This document shows positions 47,820 through 57,127 of a stretch of 64,000 nucleotides of DNA, piece after piece. Each line of letters starts with the position of its first letter. Position 1 is the stretch's first letter. This stretch comes from a bacterium (lineage in GTDB: Bacteria; Hinthialibacterota; Hinthialibacteria; Hinthialibacterales; Hinthialibacteraceae), in NCBI GenBank assembly GCA_963662285.2, contig CAXXMV010000002.1, forward strand, positions 224,001 to 288,000. The letters are read 5' to 3'. The notes under the pieces are model-generated. The model saw nothing but the letters and a program-made list of their open reading frames with translations. It was not told the DNA's origin and did no database searches. The position numbers were made by a program, and so were the translations under genes.

Positions 47820-47939
47820 CTAGTAGTACGACCAGTTTCTTTTGTCAGGTGATTTTCTGTAATTCACCCTTACCCTTGCCCTCACCCGGCGGGAGAGGGG
47901 ACAAGGTCGCCCGACATAATGAGTTGATCAGAGTACTAG
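47820..47939 (-). mobile_element. MITE-like element, copy 2 (120 bp, reverse orientation)
   Basis: Reverse complement CTAGTACTCTGATCAACTCATTATGTCGGG...CCCCTCTCCCGCCGGGTGAGGG...CTGGTCGTACTACTAG aligns end to end with 25487-25604. Confidence 0.75.
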
Positions 47940-48049
47940 AGCGCTTTTAATAATAGCAATTTCAATCAGAACATCCGCCCAAATACTGCCTTTGCATTGA
48001 TTCTATTTTAACTATAAATGGGATTCTTGCAATAATACAATAAAAAAAT

Positions 48050-49333
48050 TTATTCATGAATTTTCAAATCAGACATAATCCTTCTAAGCTGATCCATAGC
48101 GTAGATACAAGTCTGGTTTCTTACGGCTTCTCTATTACCAAATAATTTTAATTGGACGGAATGTGTTTTCCCCGCATTTCGCCCGATAGATAACCAAACT
48201 GTACCTACTGGTTTCTCAGGCGTTCCACCATCCGGCCCGGCGATGCCTGTTATGGCAATTCCCCAGGTGCTTCCGAATTTTGATAAGACGCCCGCAACCA
48301 TTTTTTCAGCAGTTTCCCGGCTAACGGCGCCGTGTTGCTCTATTATCTTATTATCGATTCCTAAGATTTTTTCTTTAATTAGATTGCAATAAACTATAGC
48401 TCCACCGTAAAAAAAAGTTGAAGAACCAGGCGCCGAGGTGAGTTGAGCGCCTAGCAGCCCTCCTGTGCAGGATTCTGCTACGGCAAGAGTTTCATTTTTT
48501 TCTCTTAAAAGAAGCCCAACGGTTTCTGGAAGCGTCCTATCTCCTTCACTGTAAATAAATTCACCTAAGGCATTTTTAATTTGATCGATGCAATGATCCA
48601 GTTCTTGTTTATCGGCCTCATTTTCCGGAATTATGGAGAGGGTTAAATCGACGTTGCCCGGTTGAGATAAAGAGGAGACGCTAATCTTTGATTCTTCAGA
48701 TAAGGTTTTTCTGACAATTCTATCGATATTTGATTCACCAGCGCAGCAAAAGCGCAGTTTGGTGGATAAACAGGTTTGACGTAAATCGAAACGATTTTGT
48801 AGCAAAGGGATTAACTGGTTTATTATCATCGGCTTAAGTTCCCTGGGCGGACCAGGAAGCGCGGCGATGATTTTATCTTCAAGATCAAAGATCAATCCAG
48901 GCGCAGTACCGTTGGGATTAGATAGATATGTTCCTTTAGTGGGAACTAGCGCCTGTAGGAGGTTATTTTGGCTCATAGGCCTGCCGATGGACTGAAAGCG
49001 CTGTTCCAGTTCCTTACGGGCGTCTGGGTGCTCTGCGAGTGGGATTCCCGTAGCATTGGAGATGGCGTCTCTGGTGATATCATCGAGAGTTGGCCCAAGT
49101 CCTCCGGTAATGATGACCAGGGATGCTTGATTTATGGCATTCTTGATAATAGTGGATAGATCGGAATCATTGTCTCCGGCGATAATGCACTGGGTGCATT
49201 TAAGACCTAAAACGGATAGTTTTCCTGTAATAAATTGCAGATGGCTGTCTTGCCTTTTTCCACAAAGCATTTCGTCGCCAGTAATGATTACGGTGAAAGT
49301 CAAAGGATTGAGGCGTGAAGATTGGTTTAACAT
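48050..49333 (-). CDS. cinA: CinA (MoCF-binding domain + NMN deamidase PncC)
   Basis: GDEML, TGGLGPTLDD, NPNGTAPG, LPGPPREL, AESCTGG, TGIAGPDGG..KPVG. Confidence 0.95.
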   Translation of the reverse strand: MLNQSSRLNPLTFTVIITGDEMLCGKRQDSHLQFITGKLSVLGLKCTQCIIAGDNDSDLSTIIKNAINQASLVIITGGLGPTLDDITRDAISNATGIPLAEHPDARKELEQRFQSIGRPMSQNNLLQALVPTKGTYLSNPNGTAPGLIFDLEDKIIAALPGPPRELKPMIINQLIPLLQNRFDLRQTCLSTKLRFCCAGESNIDRIVRKTLSEESKISVSSLSQPGNVDLTLSIIPENEADKQELDHCIDQIKNALGEFIYSEGDRTLPETVGLLLREKNETLAVAESCTGGLLGAQLTSAPGSSTFFYGGAIVYCNLIKEKILGIDNKIIEQHGAVSRETAEKMVAGVLSKFGSTWGIAITGIAGPDGGTPEKPVGTVWLSIGRNAGKTHSVQLKLFGNREAVRNQTCIYAMDQLRRIMSDLKIHE

Positions 49334-49375
49334 AGTATTTTAGATGGATTCTCGAGATCAAGATTTTTGATATTT

Positions 49376-50143
49376 TCAATTCGTAGGCATATCTATAGTT
49401 AATGCAAGGGTTAAGGCGAAAACTTTTGCGGCGCCCCTGTCTTTGAATGTTTTAGCCAAGGCATTTATTGTTGCTCCGGTAGTCATTACATCGTCGATAA
49501 TCAAAACAGTAAAACCTTCGACGCTGACCTTTGGACTTATAGTGAAGGCATTGGCTAAATTCTTCATTCGACTTTTGGTATCTAAAGAAGACTGTGCGGG
49601 CGTCGGGCGAATGCGTTGGGCCAGGTCATTCCTCAAGGGTATCTCGGTTTTCAGCGCAATTTCCCGGCTCAGTAATAAGGATTGGTTAAACTCTCTATCC
49701 AGTAATCTTTTTTTATGAAGAGGAACAGGAATAAGAGCGTCAATCTTGTTTATATCTTTATCATAATACTTTTTGAAACCAAGATACAGCATACGAGATA
49801 AAGGGGTGGCTAAGTTTTGTTGATAATTGAATTTCAGCGCATGAATAAGGTTTTTGATGGTTTTGTCTTTGTAAGAATAGACGGATCTGGCTCTATTAAA
49901 ATAAAGTTTGCCGGGGGGGCAAAATTTGCATTTAAGGGATTTTGGATCAGCAGGCGCTGCTAATGGCGCCCCGCATAAGGGGCAGACTGGTTTTTCTATC
50001 ATTTGTAAATGGTGCATGCAGTTAGAGCAGATTGGATTTTTTTCACCAGATATACTGTTTCCACATCCAGCGCAGGTTGGAGGATAGATTAATTCAAAAA
50101 AAGAACTGGCGATATCCCCGATTTCAGATAGAGTGGTTTTCAT
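49376..50143 (-). CDS. comF: ComF family protein (zinc ribbon + PRTase)
   Basis: Four CxxC pairs, PVPLH..R...REFNQS, LIIDDVMTTGAT. Confidence 0.92.
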   Translation of the reverse strand: MKTTLSEIGDIASSFFELIYPPTCAGCGNSISGEKNPICSNCMHHLQMIEKPVCPLCGAPLAAPADPKSLKCKFCPPGKLYFNRARSVYSYKDKTIKNLIHALKFNYQQNLATPLSRMLYLGFKKYYDKDINKIDALIPVPLHKKRLLDREFNQSLLLSREIALKTEIPLRNDLAQRIRPTPAQSSLDTKSRMKNLANAFTISPKVSVEGFTVLIIDDVMTTGATINALAKTFKDRGAAKVFALTLALTIDMPTN

Positions 50144-50151
50144 GATAAAAG

Positions 50152-50184
50152 ACCCCTTTGTAATGTATCATATCACAAAGGGGT
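50152..50184 (-). terminator. Hairpin after rny overlapping the comF ribosome-binding region
   Basis: Minus strand ACCCCTTTGTGAT...ATTACAAAGGGGT-CTTTT, 8 nt before the comF ATG. Confidence 0.6.
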
Positions 50185-50217
50185 TAATTGATTTATATTT
50201 GAATTAAAAACTAATGA

Positions 50218-51777
50218 TTATTTGGCATAAGATACAGCTCTCGTTTCACGAATAACAGTAACTTTGATGTGTCCGGGATATTGCATCTCTTCTTCGATCT
50301 TCTTCGAGATATCATAAGCGAGTTTGATGGAAGTCTGGTCGTCAACTTCCTCGGGCAGGACCATAATGCGAATTTCTCGACCGGCTTGGATAGCGAAGCA
50401 TTTTTCTACTCCGCCAAAAGATTCGGCTAAATTTTCTAATTGCTGCAAGCGTTTAACATAAGTTTCAATCGTTTCACGTCTGGCGCCAGGGCGAGCAGCG
50501 GAAATTGCGTCTGCGATAAATACGATAACAGCTTCAACAGTCTCCATCTCAACATCTTCATGGTGAGCAGCAATGGCATTTTCGACTTCAGGTTTTTCAC
50601 CTAATTTGCGGGCAATATCGGCGCCGATAGAAGCGTGCGTCCCATCGCGCTCGAAATCGACGGCTTTGCCAAGATCGTGGAGTAAGGCGCCGCGTTTGCA
50701 AAGTTCTACATCTGCGCCAATTTCAGCGGCGATTGCTCCAGCGAGGAAAGCAACTTCTCTAGCATGGTAAAGTTGGTTTTGTCCGTAAGAATATCTGTAT
50801 TTCAAGCGACCGAGAATTTTAATCAACTCAGGATTCATATCGACGATTCCTAAGTCGAAGACGACTCCCTCAGCCTCTTCGCGCATTTCTTCATCCATCT
50901 CTTTGCATATCTTCTGATAAACTTCTTCAATACGGCCAGGATGGATGCGTCCATCCTGAATAAGCCGCTCTAAGGTTTGGCGGGCGGCTTCACGTCTTAC
51001 TGGATCAAAGCAGGAGATTACAACCGTGTCTGGAGTGTCATCGATAATAAGATTCACTCCGGTTAATGCTTCGAAGGAGCGAATATTACGTCCTTCACGC
51101 CCGATAATTCTTCCTTTGATTTCATCAGTGGGTAGTGCGACAGTTGAAACAGTGGATTCATTGACGATTTCAGTGCAACCGCGCTGCATGGTTGTGGTCA
51201 CGATTCGGCGGGCTTCCCGTTGAGCATTTTCCTTGGCATTGTCGGTTATCTGTTTAATGATTTTAGCAGATTCGCGTTTTACGTCTTTTTCTACAGATTG
51301 TAAAAGAAGTTGTTTAGCTTCTTCAGTTGTTAAACCGGATATTTTTTCAAGTTTGCCACGCTCTTCTTGAATTAATCCATCCAGTTCGATATCTTTCTTT
51401 TCCAAATCCTTAGATTGTTTATCTAATTTCTTGGCTAAGGCTTGATTTTCTTTTTCAGCTTTTTCGATTTCTTCGAGATGCTTCTCGATCGTTTCTTCTT
51501 TACGATCAAGTTTCTTTTCAATTGCAGAAAGTTCAGACCTCCTCTCTTTTACTTCTTCTTCGAATTTGTTCTTTTCTTGCAGTACTTGCTCCTTCGCTTC
51601 TATACCGGCTTCTTTACGAAGGGTTTCGGCTTCTTTTCTGGCTTCTTCACGAATCTTGTTTGCCAGTTCCTGGACGCTGCCCATTTGATTCTCCAGGATA
51701 TTTTTTCTGACAATGAAACCAATAAAAAATCCGATAGCAAGACCTGCACCGGGCAAAACATAATAAAGTATATCCAT
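50218..51777 (-). CDS. rny: Ribonuclease Y
   Basis: N-terminal TM, coiled coil, KH domain KGRIIGREGRNIR, HD domain LLHDLGK, SAARPGARRE. Confidence 0.97.
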   Translation of the reverse strand: MDILYYVLPGAGLAIGFFIGFIVRKNILENQMGSVQELANKIREEARKEAETLRKEAGIEAKEQVLQEKNKFEEEVKERRSELSAIEKKLDRKEETIEKHLEEIEKAEKENQALAKKLDKQSKDLEKKDIELDGLIQEERGKLEKISGLTTEEAKQLLLQSVEKDVKRESAKIIKQITDNAKENAQREARRIVTTTMQRGCTEIVNESTVSTVALPTDEIKGRIIGREGRNIRSFEALTGVNLIIDDTPDTVVISCFDPVRREAARQTLERLIQDGRIHPGRIEEVYQKICKEMDEEMREEAEGVVFDLGIVDMNPELIKILGRLKYRYSYGQNQLYHAREVAFLAGAIAAEIGADVELCKRGALLHDLGKAVDFERDGTHASIGADIARKLGEKPEVENAIAAHHEDVEMETVEAVIVFIADAISAARPGARRETIETYVKRLQQLENLAESFGGVEKCFAIQAGREIRIMVLPEEVDDQTSIKLAYDISKKIEEEMQYPGHIKVTVIRETRAVSYAK

Positions 51778-51881
51778 TTGTAAAACCTCTCTTTATATAA
51801 TCATCCCCGGGGCCAGTTAAATTATTCAAAAAACTGCTATATAAAGAATTGCTCCAGGGGTGTTTTCCAAACTTGAAATAA

Positions 51882-53480
51882 TCAAGTCCATTTTCTTAAA
51901 ATACTGATAGCCAATTGAATATTTTCGATTACCTGGGTTGCGGTAACGGATTCAAAACCATGTTCCTGTTCAATTAATTCAGCTGATAAACCATGAATAT
52001 AGGCGCCGCAAGCGGCGGCTTTCGATGAATCAATCTTTTTTGACAGAAGAGCTCCAATGATTCCAGACAATACATCACCCATGCCGCCGGAGGCCATCGC
52101 TGGCGATCCGGTCGGATTTACCATAATTTTCCCTCTTGAGTGCGCAATAACTGTTTTGGGTCCTTTAAGTAATGCCGCGCCGTAATCGTTGTCGACTAAT
52201 TTTTTTGCATAACCAAAGCGGTCTGCTTGAATGGAGGCCGAATCTGTATTAAAAAGCCGGGCCATTTCTCCCGGATGGGGAGTAACAACCCAAGGCGCCT
52301 GTCGCATTTGTAATATGTCCGGTGAAACCGCAAATAATCCATCTCCATCTATAAGGAGCGGTAATTCGATCTTTTTCACGATGCGCCGTACCAACTCCTG
52401 TGATGATGGATGGCGACCTAAACCCGGTCCAATTACCACAGCGGACCATCTGGCATCATCGGTGAATATCTCTTCAAATGCTCTTTGGTCGATGGCGCCA
52501 TCCGCTGTTTCATGCACGGGCAGCGTCATCATTTCCCATACGCTTGAAGCGTAAATCGGCAACAATGATTCCGGGCATACAGTTGTAACTAAACCGGCGC
52601 CAGTATGAATCGCGGCTTTGGCGCACATCAACGCGGCGCCAGTCATGCCTCGCGATCCAGCAATAACCAACAAATGGCCTTCTCTTCCCTTATGAGAAGA
52701 AACAGGCCTTTGAGGAAACCACTCATTTATATTTTTGGCGGATAATAATTTACCGAACGATTCGCAATCTGAAAGCAAATCACGGGGAAAACCAATATCC
52801 AAAACCACTAAATTTTTACAATAATCCGATCCGGGAAGCAGTAAATGACCAATTTTGGGCAATCCCATAGTGTAAACTATGTCTGAGATTACAGCACTAC
52901 CTTCAACGCGGCCCGTATCTGCATCGACGCCAGATGCGATATCAACGGCAATCGTGCTGTGCTTTTTCGGTTGTTCGTTTAATCGATAGATTGCTTCCGC
53001 GATTAAACCTCTGGGTGCGCCTCGTGCGCCGGTGCCTAGCATGGCATCCACCCAAATACTGGCGCTCTGTGTTTTAGCAAAGAATGCATCCAAAAGGATG
53101 GAATTATGACATTCCCGGATTGGAAGGCCTAATTCATGCAGACGCAAATAATTCGTCCGTGCATCGCCCGTAAGTTGATCTGCTTTTCCAAGAAGCGCAA
53201 CATCAGGGGAATACCCGTTTTGCACCATATGACGAGCGATGACAAATCCATCGCCGCCATTGTTGCCTTTGCCGCAAAGAATAACTATTCTTTGAAGGTT
53301 TTCGTGGGAATTATCAGCAAGAATGCCTTGAGCTGTTAGCGCGCCGGCATTTTCCATAAGGAAAAGACCGGGCGTCCCACGAGTTTCAATGGCAATCCGG
53401 TCAATTTCCGCCATTGTACGACCGGATACAATATTCAAATCGTATGAAGGAAATTGAAAATACTCTCTCATTTGGAACAT
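51882..53480 (-). CDS. nnr: Bifunctional NAD(P)HX epimerase/dehydratase
   Basis: LMENAG, CGKGNNGGDG, DIASG, SHKG..G, GPGLG, TPHPGEM, GGMGDVLSG. Confidence 0.95.
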   Translation of the reverse strand: MFQMREYFQFPSYDLNIVSGRTMAEIDRIAIETRGTPGLFLMENAGALTAQGILADNSHENLQRIVILCGKGNNGGDGFVIARHMVQNGYSPDVALLGKADQLTGDARTNYLRLHELGLPIRECHNSILLDAFFAKTQSASIWVDAMLGTGARGAPRGLIAEAIYRLNEQPKKHSTIAVDIASGVDADTGRVEGSAVISDIVYTMGLPKIGHLLLPGSDYCKNLVVLDIGFPRDLLSDCESFGKLLSAKNINEWFPQRPVSSHKGREGHLLVIAGSRGMTGAALMCAKAAIHTGAGLVTTVCPESLLPIYASSVWEMMTLPVHETADGAIDQRAFEEIFTDDARWSAVVIGPGLGRHPSSQELVRRIVKKIELPLLIDGDGLFAVSPDILQMRQAPWVVTPHPGEMARLFNTDSASIQADRFGYAKKLVDNDYGAALLKGPKTVIAHSRGKIMVNPTGSPAMASGGMGDVLSGIIGALLSKKIDSSKAAACGAYIHGLSAELIEQEHGFESVTATQVIENIQLAISILRKWT

Positions 53481-53532
53481 ACGTTCCTGGTTAGGAAAGG
53501 GGTGAGAAGGTTAGTTGATTGTATCTGAGAAT

Positions 53533-53892
53533 CTAAGCGGTATCTTCCTCTTCAGGTTCTTTATAAAAGAAATCGTGTAACCATGCCAGAAGAGCAACAA
53601 TAACAAAGCCCTTCCACATAGTATCGAAAAAGAATTGCAAGGAAATACCTTCAATACTCGGCTCAACAGATTCAACGCCAAACCACGTTAGCGCCACAAA
53701 TTTTTGTAAGTAGCAAAAAGCAATAAAAAAAACACAGACGATCGCGTAATCCAAGAAGGAGAAATTATGCTTAAAACTCTTCGAACCATTAGATTGCAGT
53801 TCGGACGCGCGAATTTGCGCGCCAGTTGATAGCGAGTCACTCTGTGTTTGAGTGGGTAAATCTGATTTGCGGCTTTGCTTTCCTCGTGCCAT
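53533..53892 (-). CDS. Hypothetical two-TM membrane protein
   Basis: Polar N-terminus, two hydrophobic helices, acidic tail; RBS-like AGGA upstream. Confidence 0.6.
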   Translation of the reverse strand: MARGKQSRKSDLPTQTQSDSLSTGAQIRASELQSNGSKSFKHNFSFLDYAIVCVFFIAFCYLQKFVALTWFGVESVEPSIEGISLQFFFDTMWKGFVIVALLAWLHDFFYKEPEEEDTA

Positions 53893-54349
53893 GAACACTT
53901 TCCTATAATATCATTACAAGTAGATTTATTAATTTAACACAATTATGGTATATTTTAGAAGGGCTAATAAATATTTGTCCCTGTAACCTGTAATTGTTTT
54001 AAATCTTGTGAATGATAAATTTTGATATAATAATAAATGTCTATGTAAATCTTCCTTTAATAATTGATCGTAAACACTTGTAAATATGGTGGTTACGAAA
54101 TAATTAGCAATTTAACTGATGAAAAAGACGCCTTTTATTGCAGTATGGAGCGCCTTGAAAATAGTTCGATAAAATCCGGTTCAAAGTCCTCAAAAAAGGT
54201 GACTTAATAACAGATGAAATTCTAAAGACACATATATAACGAACTTCATATAAAAAGGGAACGGAGAGAAAGCGTATTTTTTTTAAGAGAATGGAAAAAA
54301 TTACTTAAAATTTTACACTCAGTTTAGATTCCCGAAGGCTCGTAACCAT

Positions 54350-56491
54350 CTATTTCAGTTTCATGTATTTAATGGTCGTTGCGCCTGGTTTATCAGGTAT
54401 CTCTACACTAAGGCCTTTTTCCATCAGTTCCTGGCCTGAAAAGCGTATCTGATCGGGCGTATCATAATTTTTCAATAGATATACCGCTTGTGCATCCAAT
54501 CCCCGCAATGTCAATTGCGCTTTTGTGTAAATGGATTGATCATGGCGGAAAGCTTGTACAAAACCTTCTCCCGTATCCGGACTATAAAACTGCCACGCCA
54601 GCCATTCAGTAGAAGACAAATTATAGTCGGTCAATGGATAATAATCACCGAAATAGTTTTGACCAATCTCGATCCATTCCCGATACAATTTCATAAGCAA
54701 TTCGTCATTAACTTCCACCCGGAAATCAAAACATGCAATATTGCTGGGACACATATTGCTGCGGCGCGTATAAGGATCATAGGATTTTTCTCCGGTTCCC
54801 CAACCCCAGCCGGAGGTGTTTGCCGGGCAATAGGCTGTTCCATGGAAAGGCAGCCAGAATGAAAGTCCATAGGTCTGCCCCTGTTGGCCAACCGGTTCGA
54901 ACAGATAATCGCTGCGCAGCAAGGGAACTGCGCGGCGCATGGTTTCCAGATCGTTGCGATGCCCTCCTGAAGCGCATGAATCAATTACCATACCCGGATG
55001 ACGCTTCAGCAACTCATCCCAATAGGCCAGATAACCTATTACATACTTATTTTCAGTGATTCCTTGTCTATCCGGGGCATCGTTTTTCTCCCAAAACGGC
55101 CATGGATCGATATTGTAATCCTGCCGGTACAAGTCTATTCCTTCGTCATTGATGATCTTATCAATATGATTTACCAGCCATTTCCATGCTTCCTTGTTGC
55201 CCATATTCAACAGGCGGGTTTTTGCATCACCTAGAAGCCATTCCGGGTGAGTGGACGCCAGCCATGTCCCCTCTACCACACGCTCCGGCTCGAACCAGAC
55301 GATAGTATCAATCCCTTTGCTATGGGCATGATCGCTGATGGCTCGTAATCCGTTGGGGAAGCGGTTTTCACTGCGGTCCACTTCCCATGTTCCGGTCCAG
55401 GGCCAGCCATTTTCTGCGGCGCCTACATACCAGCCTGCGTCCATCCACCAGTGATCAAGTTTAAAGCCTTTTTCCAGATAAGAGTCTATAAACTCGATTT
55501 GATTCTGTTCGTTGGCTTTAGTCATCTCTGCAAACTGATGAGAGCTGCATCCGTTCAACATCGGCAGCGGCAGCTGCTGGCCCTTACGGCGGGGGATGTT
55601 GTGCTTGATCATCCATTGCCGCCACGTGTTCTGGGCGTCGATCCAATCACCGCCTTTCCAGAACTGCATAACGATCAAAGGGGTTCGGACCTTTTCCCCC
55701 GGTTGTAAGGTGAAATGCGTAACATCTTGTCCTGCTGTAACTTGTAACCCTGTTTTGCTGTCACGTTCGAAATTGATAGCCCAACGCCCCGGCCAACCGA
55801 CCACGATGATAATCCCCTCGTCACCGGCATCGATATTGTAGTAGGGCCACTCACCGGCGGTTCCTGTCTTACGACCGCCATTTGGACTGAGAGTCAACTT
55901 TTTGTCCGCATTCAGCACAGTGTTTTGGGGAGCGAAATCTCCCGCATTGACATCTGTGCCCTTCCAATGCCGCAGCACGTATTCCTTATCCTTATTTTTG
56001 AGTAGGTCAACGTTTAAGGCCTTGATATCTTTGATGATCGGAGTATTTGCGTCTCCGGTATTCTGTAAATAAATGGTCCATTCGATGCTTTTGAAATCGA
56101 TGAACTCTATACCTTCCCAGCGAACTTCCAGGCCGGTTTTTGGATCAAGCCAGGTTAGCGAATGGGAAATCCGGTTATCATCCAGTGGCTTATGTTCTGC
56201 GTCGAACTTCCAATCTTTCAGAAATCCGGTTGAAGGCTGCTCGTTATAAATAAATGAGAAGGGCGGCGTAACGTTGGTTGCATCGTATTTAGCGCTCCAT
56301 GCTTCGTTTTGATTGTTTGGAGCGATCTTCATACCGCCAACTGTTGCAGACCAAAGCAACCAGCCGGGAGGGGTAGAATCAGCGGCGTCGCAGCCCAATA
56401 TCGTCATCGCTCCAATCTCCAATCCATAACTCGCTGGAGCGACGCTTAGTAAAATTAACAATACTAGTATTGATATAACGTTCTTTATCAT
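54350..56491 (-). CDS. Alpha-galactosidase, GH36-like, secreted
   Basis: Signal peptide, WWMDAGWY, RFPNGL, VWFEPERV, YRQDYN nucleophile region, IDSCASGGHR, RSD acid/base. Confidence 0.88.
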   Translation of the reverse strand: MIKNVISILVLLILLSVAPASYGLEIGAMTILGCDAADSTPPGWLLWSATVGGMKIAPNNQNEAWSAKYDATNVTPPFSFIYNEQPSTGFLKDWKFDAEHKPLDDNRISHSLTWLDPKTGLEVRWEGIEFIDFKSIEWTIYLQNTGDANTPIIKDIKALNVDLLKNKDKEYVLRHWKGTDVNAGDFAPQNTVLNADKKLTLSPNGGRKTGTAGEWPYYNIDAGDEGIIIVVGWPGRWAINFERDSKTGLQVTAGQDVTHFTLQPGEKVRTPLIVMQFWKGGDWIDAQNTWRQWMIKHNIPRRKGQQLPLPMLNGCSSHQFAEMTKANEQNQIEFIDSYLEKGFKLDHWWMDAGWYVGAAENGWPWTGTWEVDRSENRFPNGLRAISDHAHSKGIDTIVWFEPERVVEGTWLASTHPEWLLGDAKTRLLNMGNKEAWKWLVNHIDKIINDEGIDLYRQDYNIDPWPFWEKNDAPDRQGITENKYVIGYLAYWDELLKRHPGMVIDSCASGGHRNDLETMRRAVPLLRSDYLFEPVGQQGQTYGLSFWLPFHGTAYCPANTSGWGWGTGEKSYDPYTRRSNMCPSNIACFDFRVEVNDELLMKLYREWIEIGQNYFGDYYPLTDYNLSSTEWLAWQFYSPDTGEGFVQAFRHDQSIYTKAQLTLRGLDAQAVYLLKNYDTPDQIRFSGQELMEKGLSVEIPDKPGATTIKYMKLK

Positions 56492-56535
56492 TTCTGATCC
56501 TTGTATTACTTGAATTTAATGCAAACGTTCAATAA

Positions 56536-57126
56536 TTAAATAGAATCAAGTTTATTAATATATTTTTTAAAACGTATTGCCATTGGATGAAAGGGCTTGT
56601 TATTCTGAAGTACTGTTTTCATCCGGAGTTCTGTAACAATTTTTAAGCCTTGGAGGGGATTTTTACATGCTTTTTGCAAAGCTTTTTCGCGGTTTTCCAT
56701 ATTTGTGCGTCCAGGCTCAAGATAATCGGCGATATATACAATCCATCCAATAGGAGAAAGGTCAGGATGTCCGGTTGGATGATATGCTACCGCCATCAAG
56801 ATATCTTTATTTTTGATGCCGTAATTATCATGCAGTAATTTGGCGCCAATTGGAGCATGATTCAGTTTTGTGATATCAATTAATTCTTTTCCTAAGGATA
56901 GAGAGTTTTTGGAGCAGATTCTGGCGCGGTCATCTTTGGGGATTTCTTTGCCACAGTCGTGGAATAGTGACGCCCAGGCCAAATCAGTTCGATCAATAGA
57001 ATAATTTTTCCAGGAATCGGCCAGCACAAAAGCGGTTTCCATTACGCCAACACTATGATTGTATCGCTTGGTGGATAAATTATCTTTAAGTTCTTTTACT
57101 GCACTAGATGGTAATAATTCGATCAC
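56536..57126 (-). CDS. yqeK: HD-domain Ap4A hydrolase YqeK
   Basis: LSTKRYNHSVGV, FHDCGK, HAPIGA, AVAYHPTG, YIADYLEPGR. Confidence 0.88.
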   Translation of the reverse strand: MIELLPSSAVKELKDNLSTKRYNHSVGVMETAFVLADSWKNYSIDRTDLAWASLFHDCGKEIPKDDRARICSKNSLSLGKELIDITKLNHAPIGAKLLHDNYGIKNKDILMAVAYHPTGHPDLSPIGWIVYIADYLEPGRTNMENREKALQKACKNPLQGLKIVTELRMKTVLQNNKPFHPMAIRFKKYINKLDSI

Positions 57127-57127
57127 G

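Noticed and set aside
51778-51881. 6S RNA upstream of rny
   Set aside because: Only about 100 bp, no long rod-like complementarity, and no zapA neighbour.
53899-56491. GH36 gene as a horizontally acquired island
   Set aside because: The flanks are AT-rich, but there is no integrase, tRNA, direct repeat or IS end; a composition shift could not be quantified.
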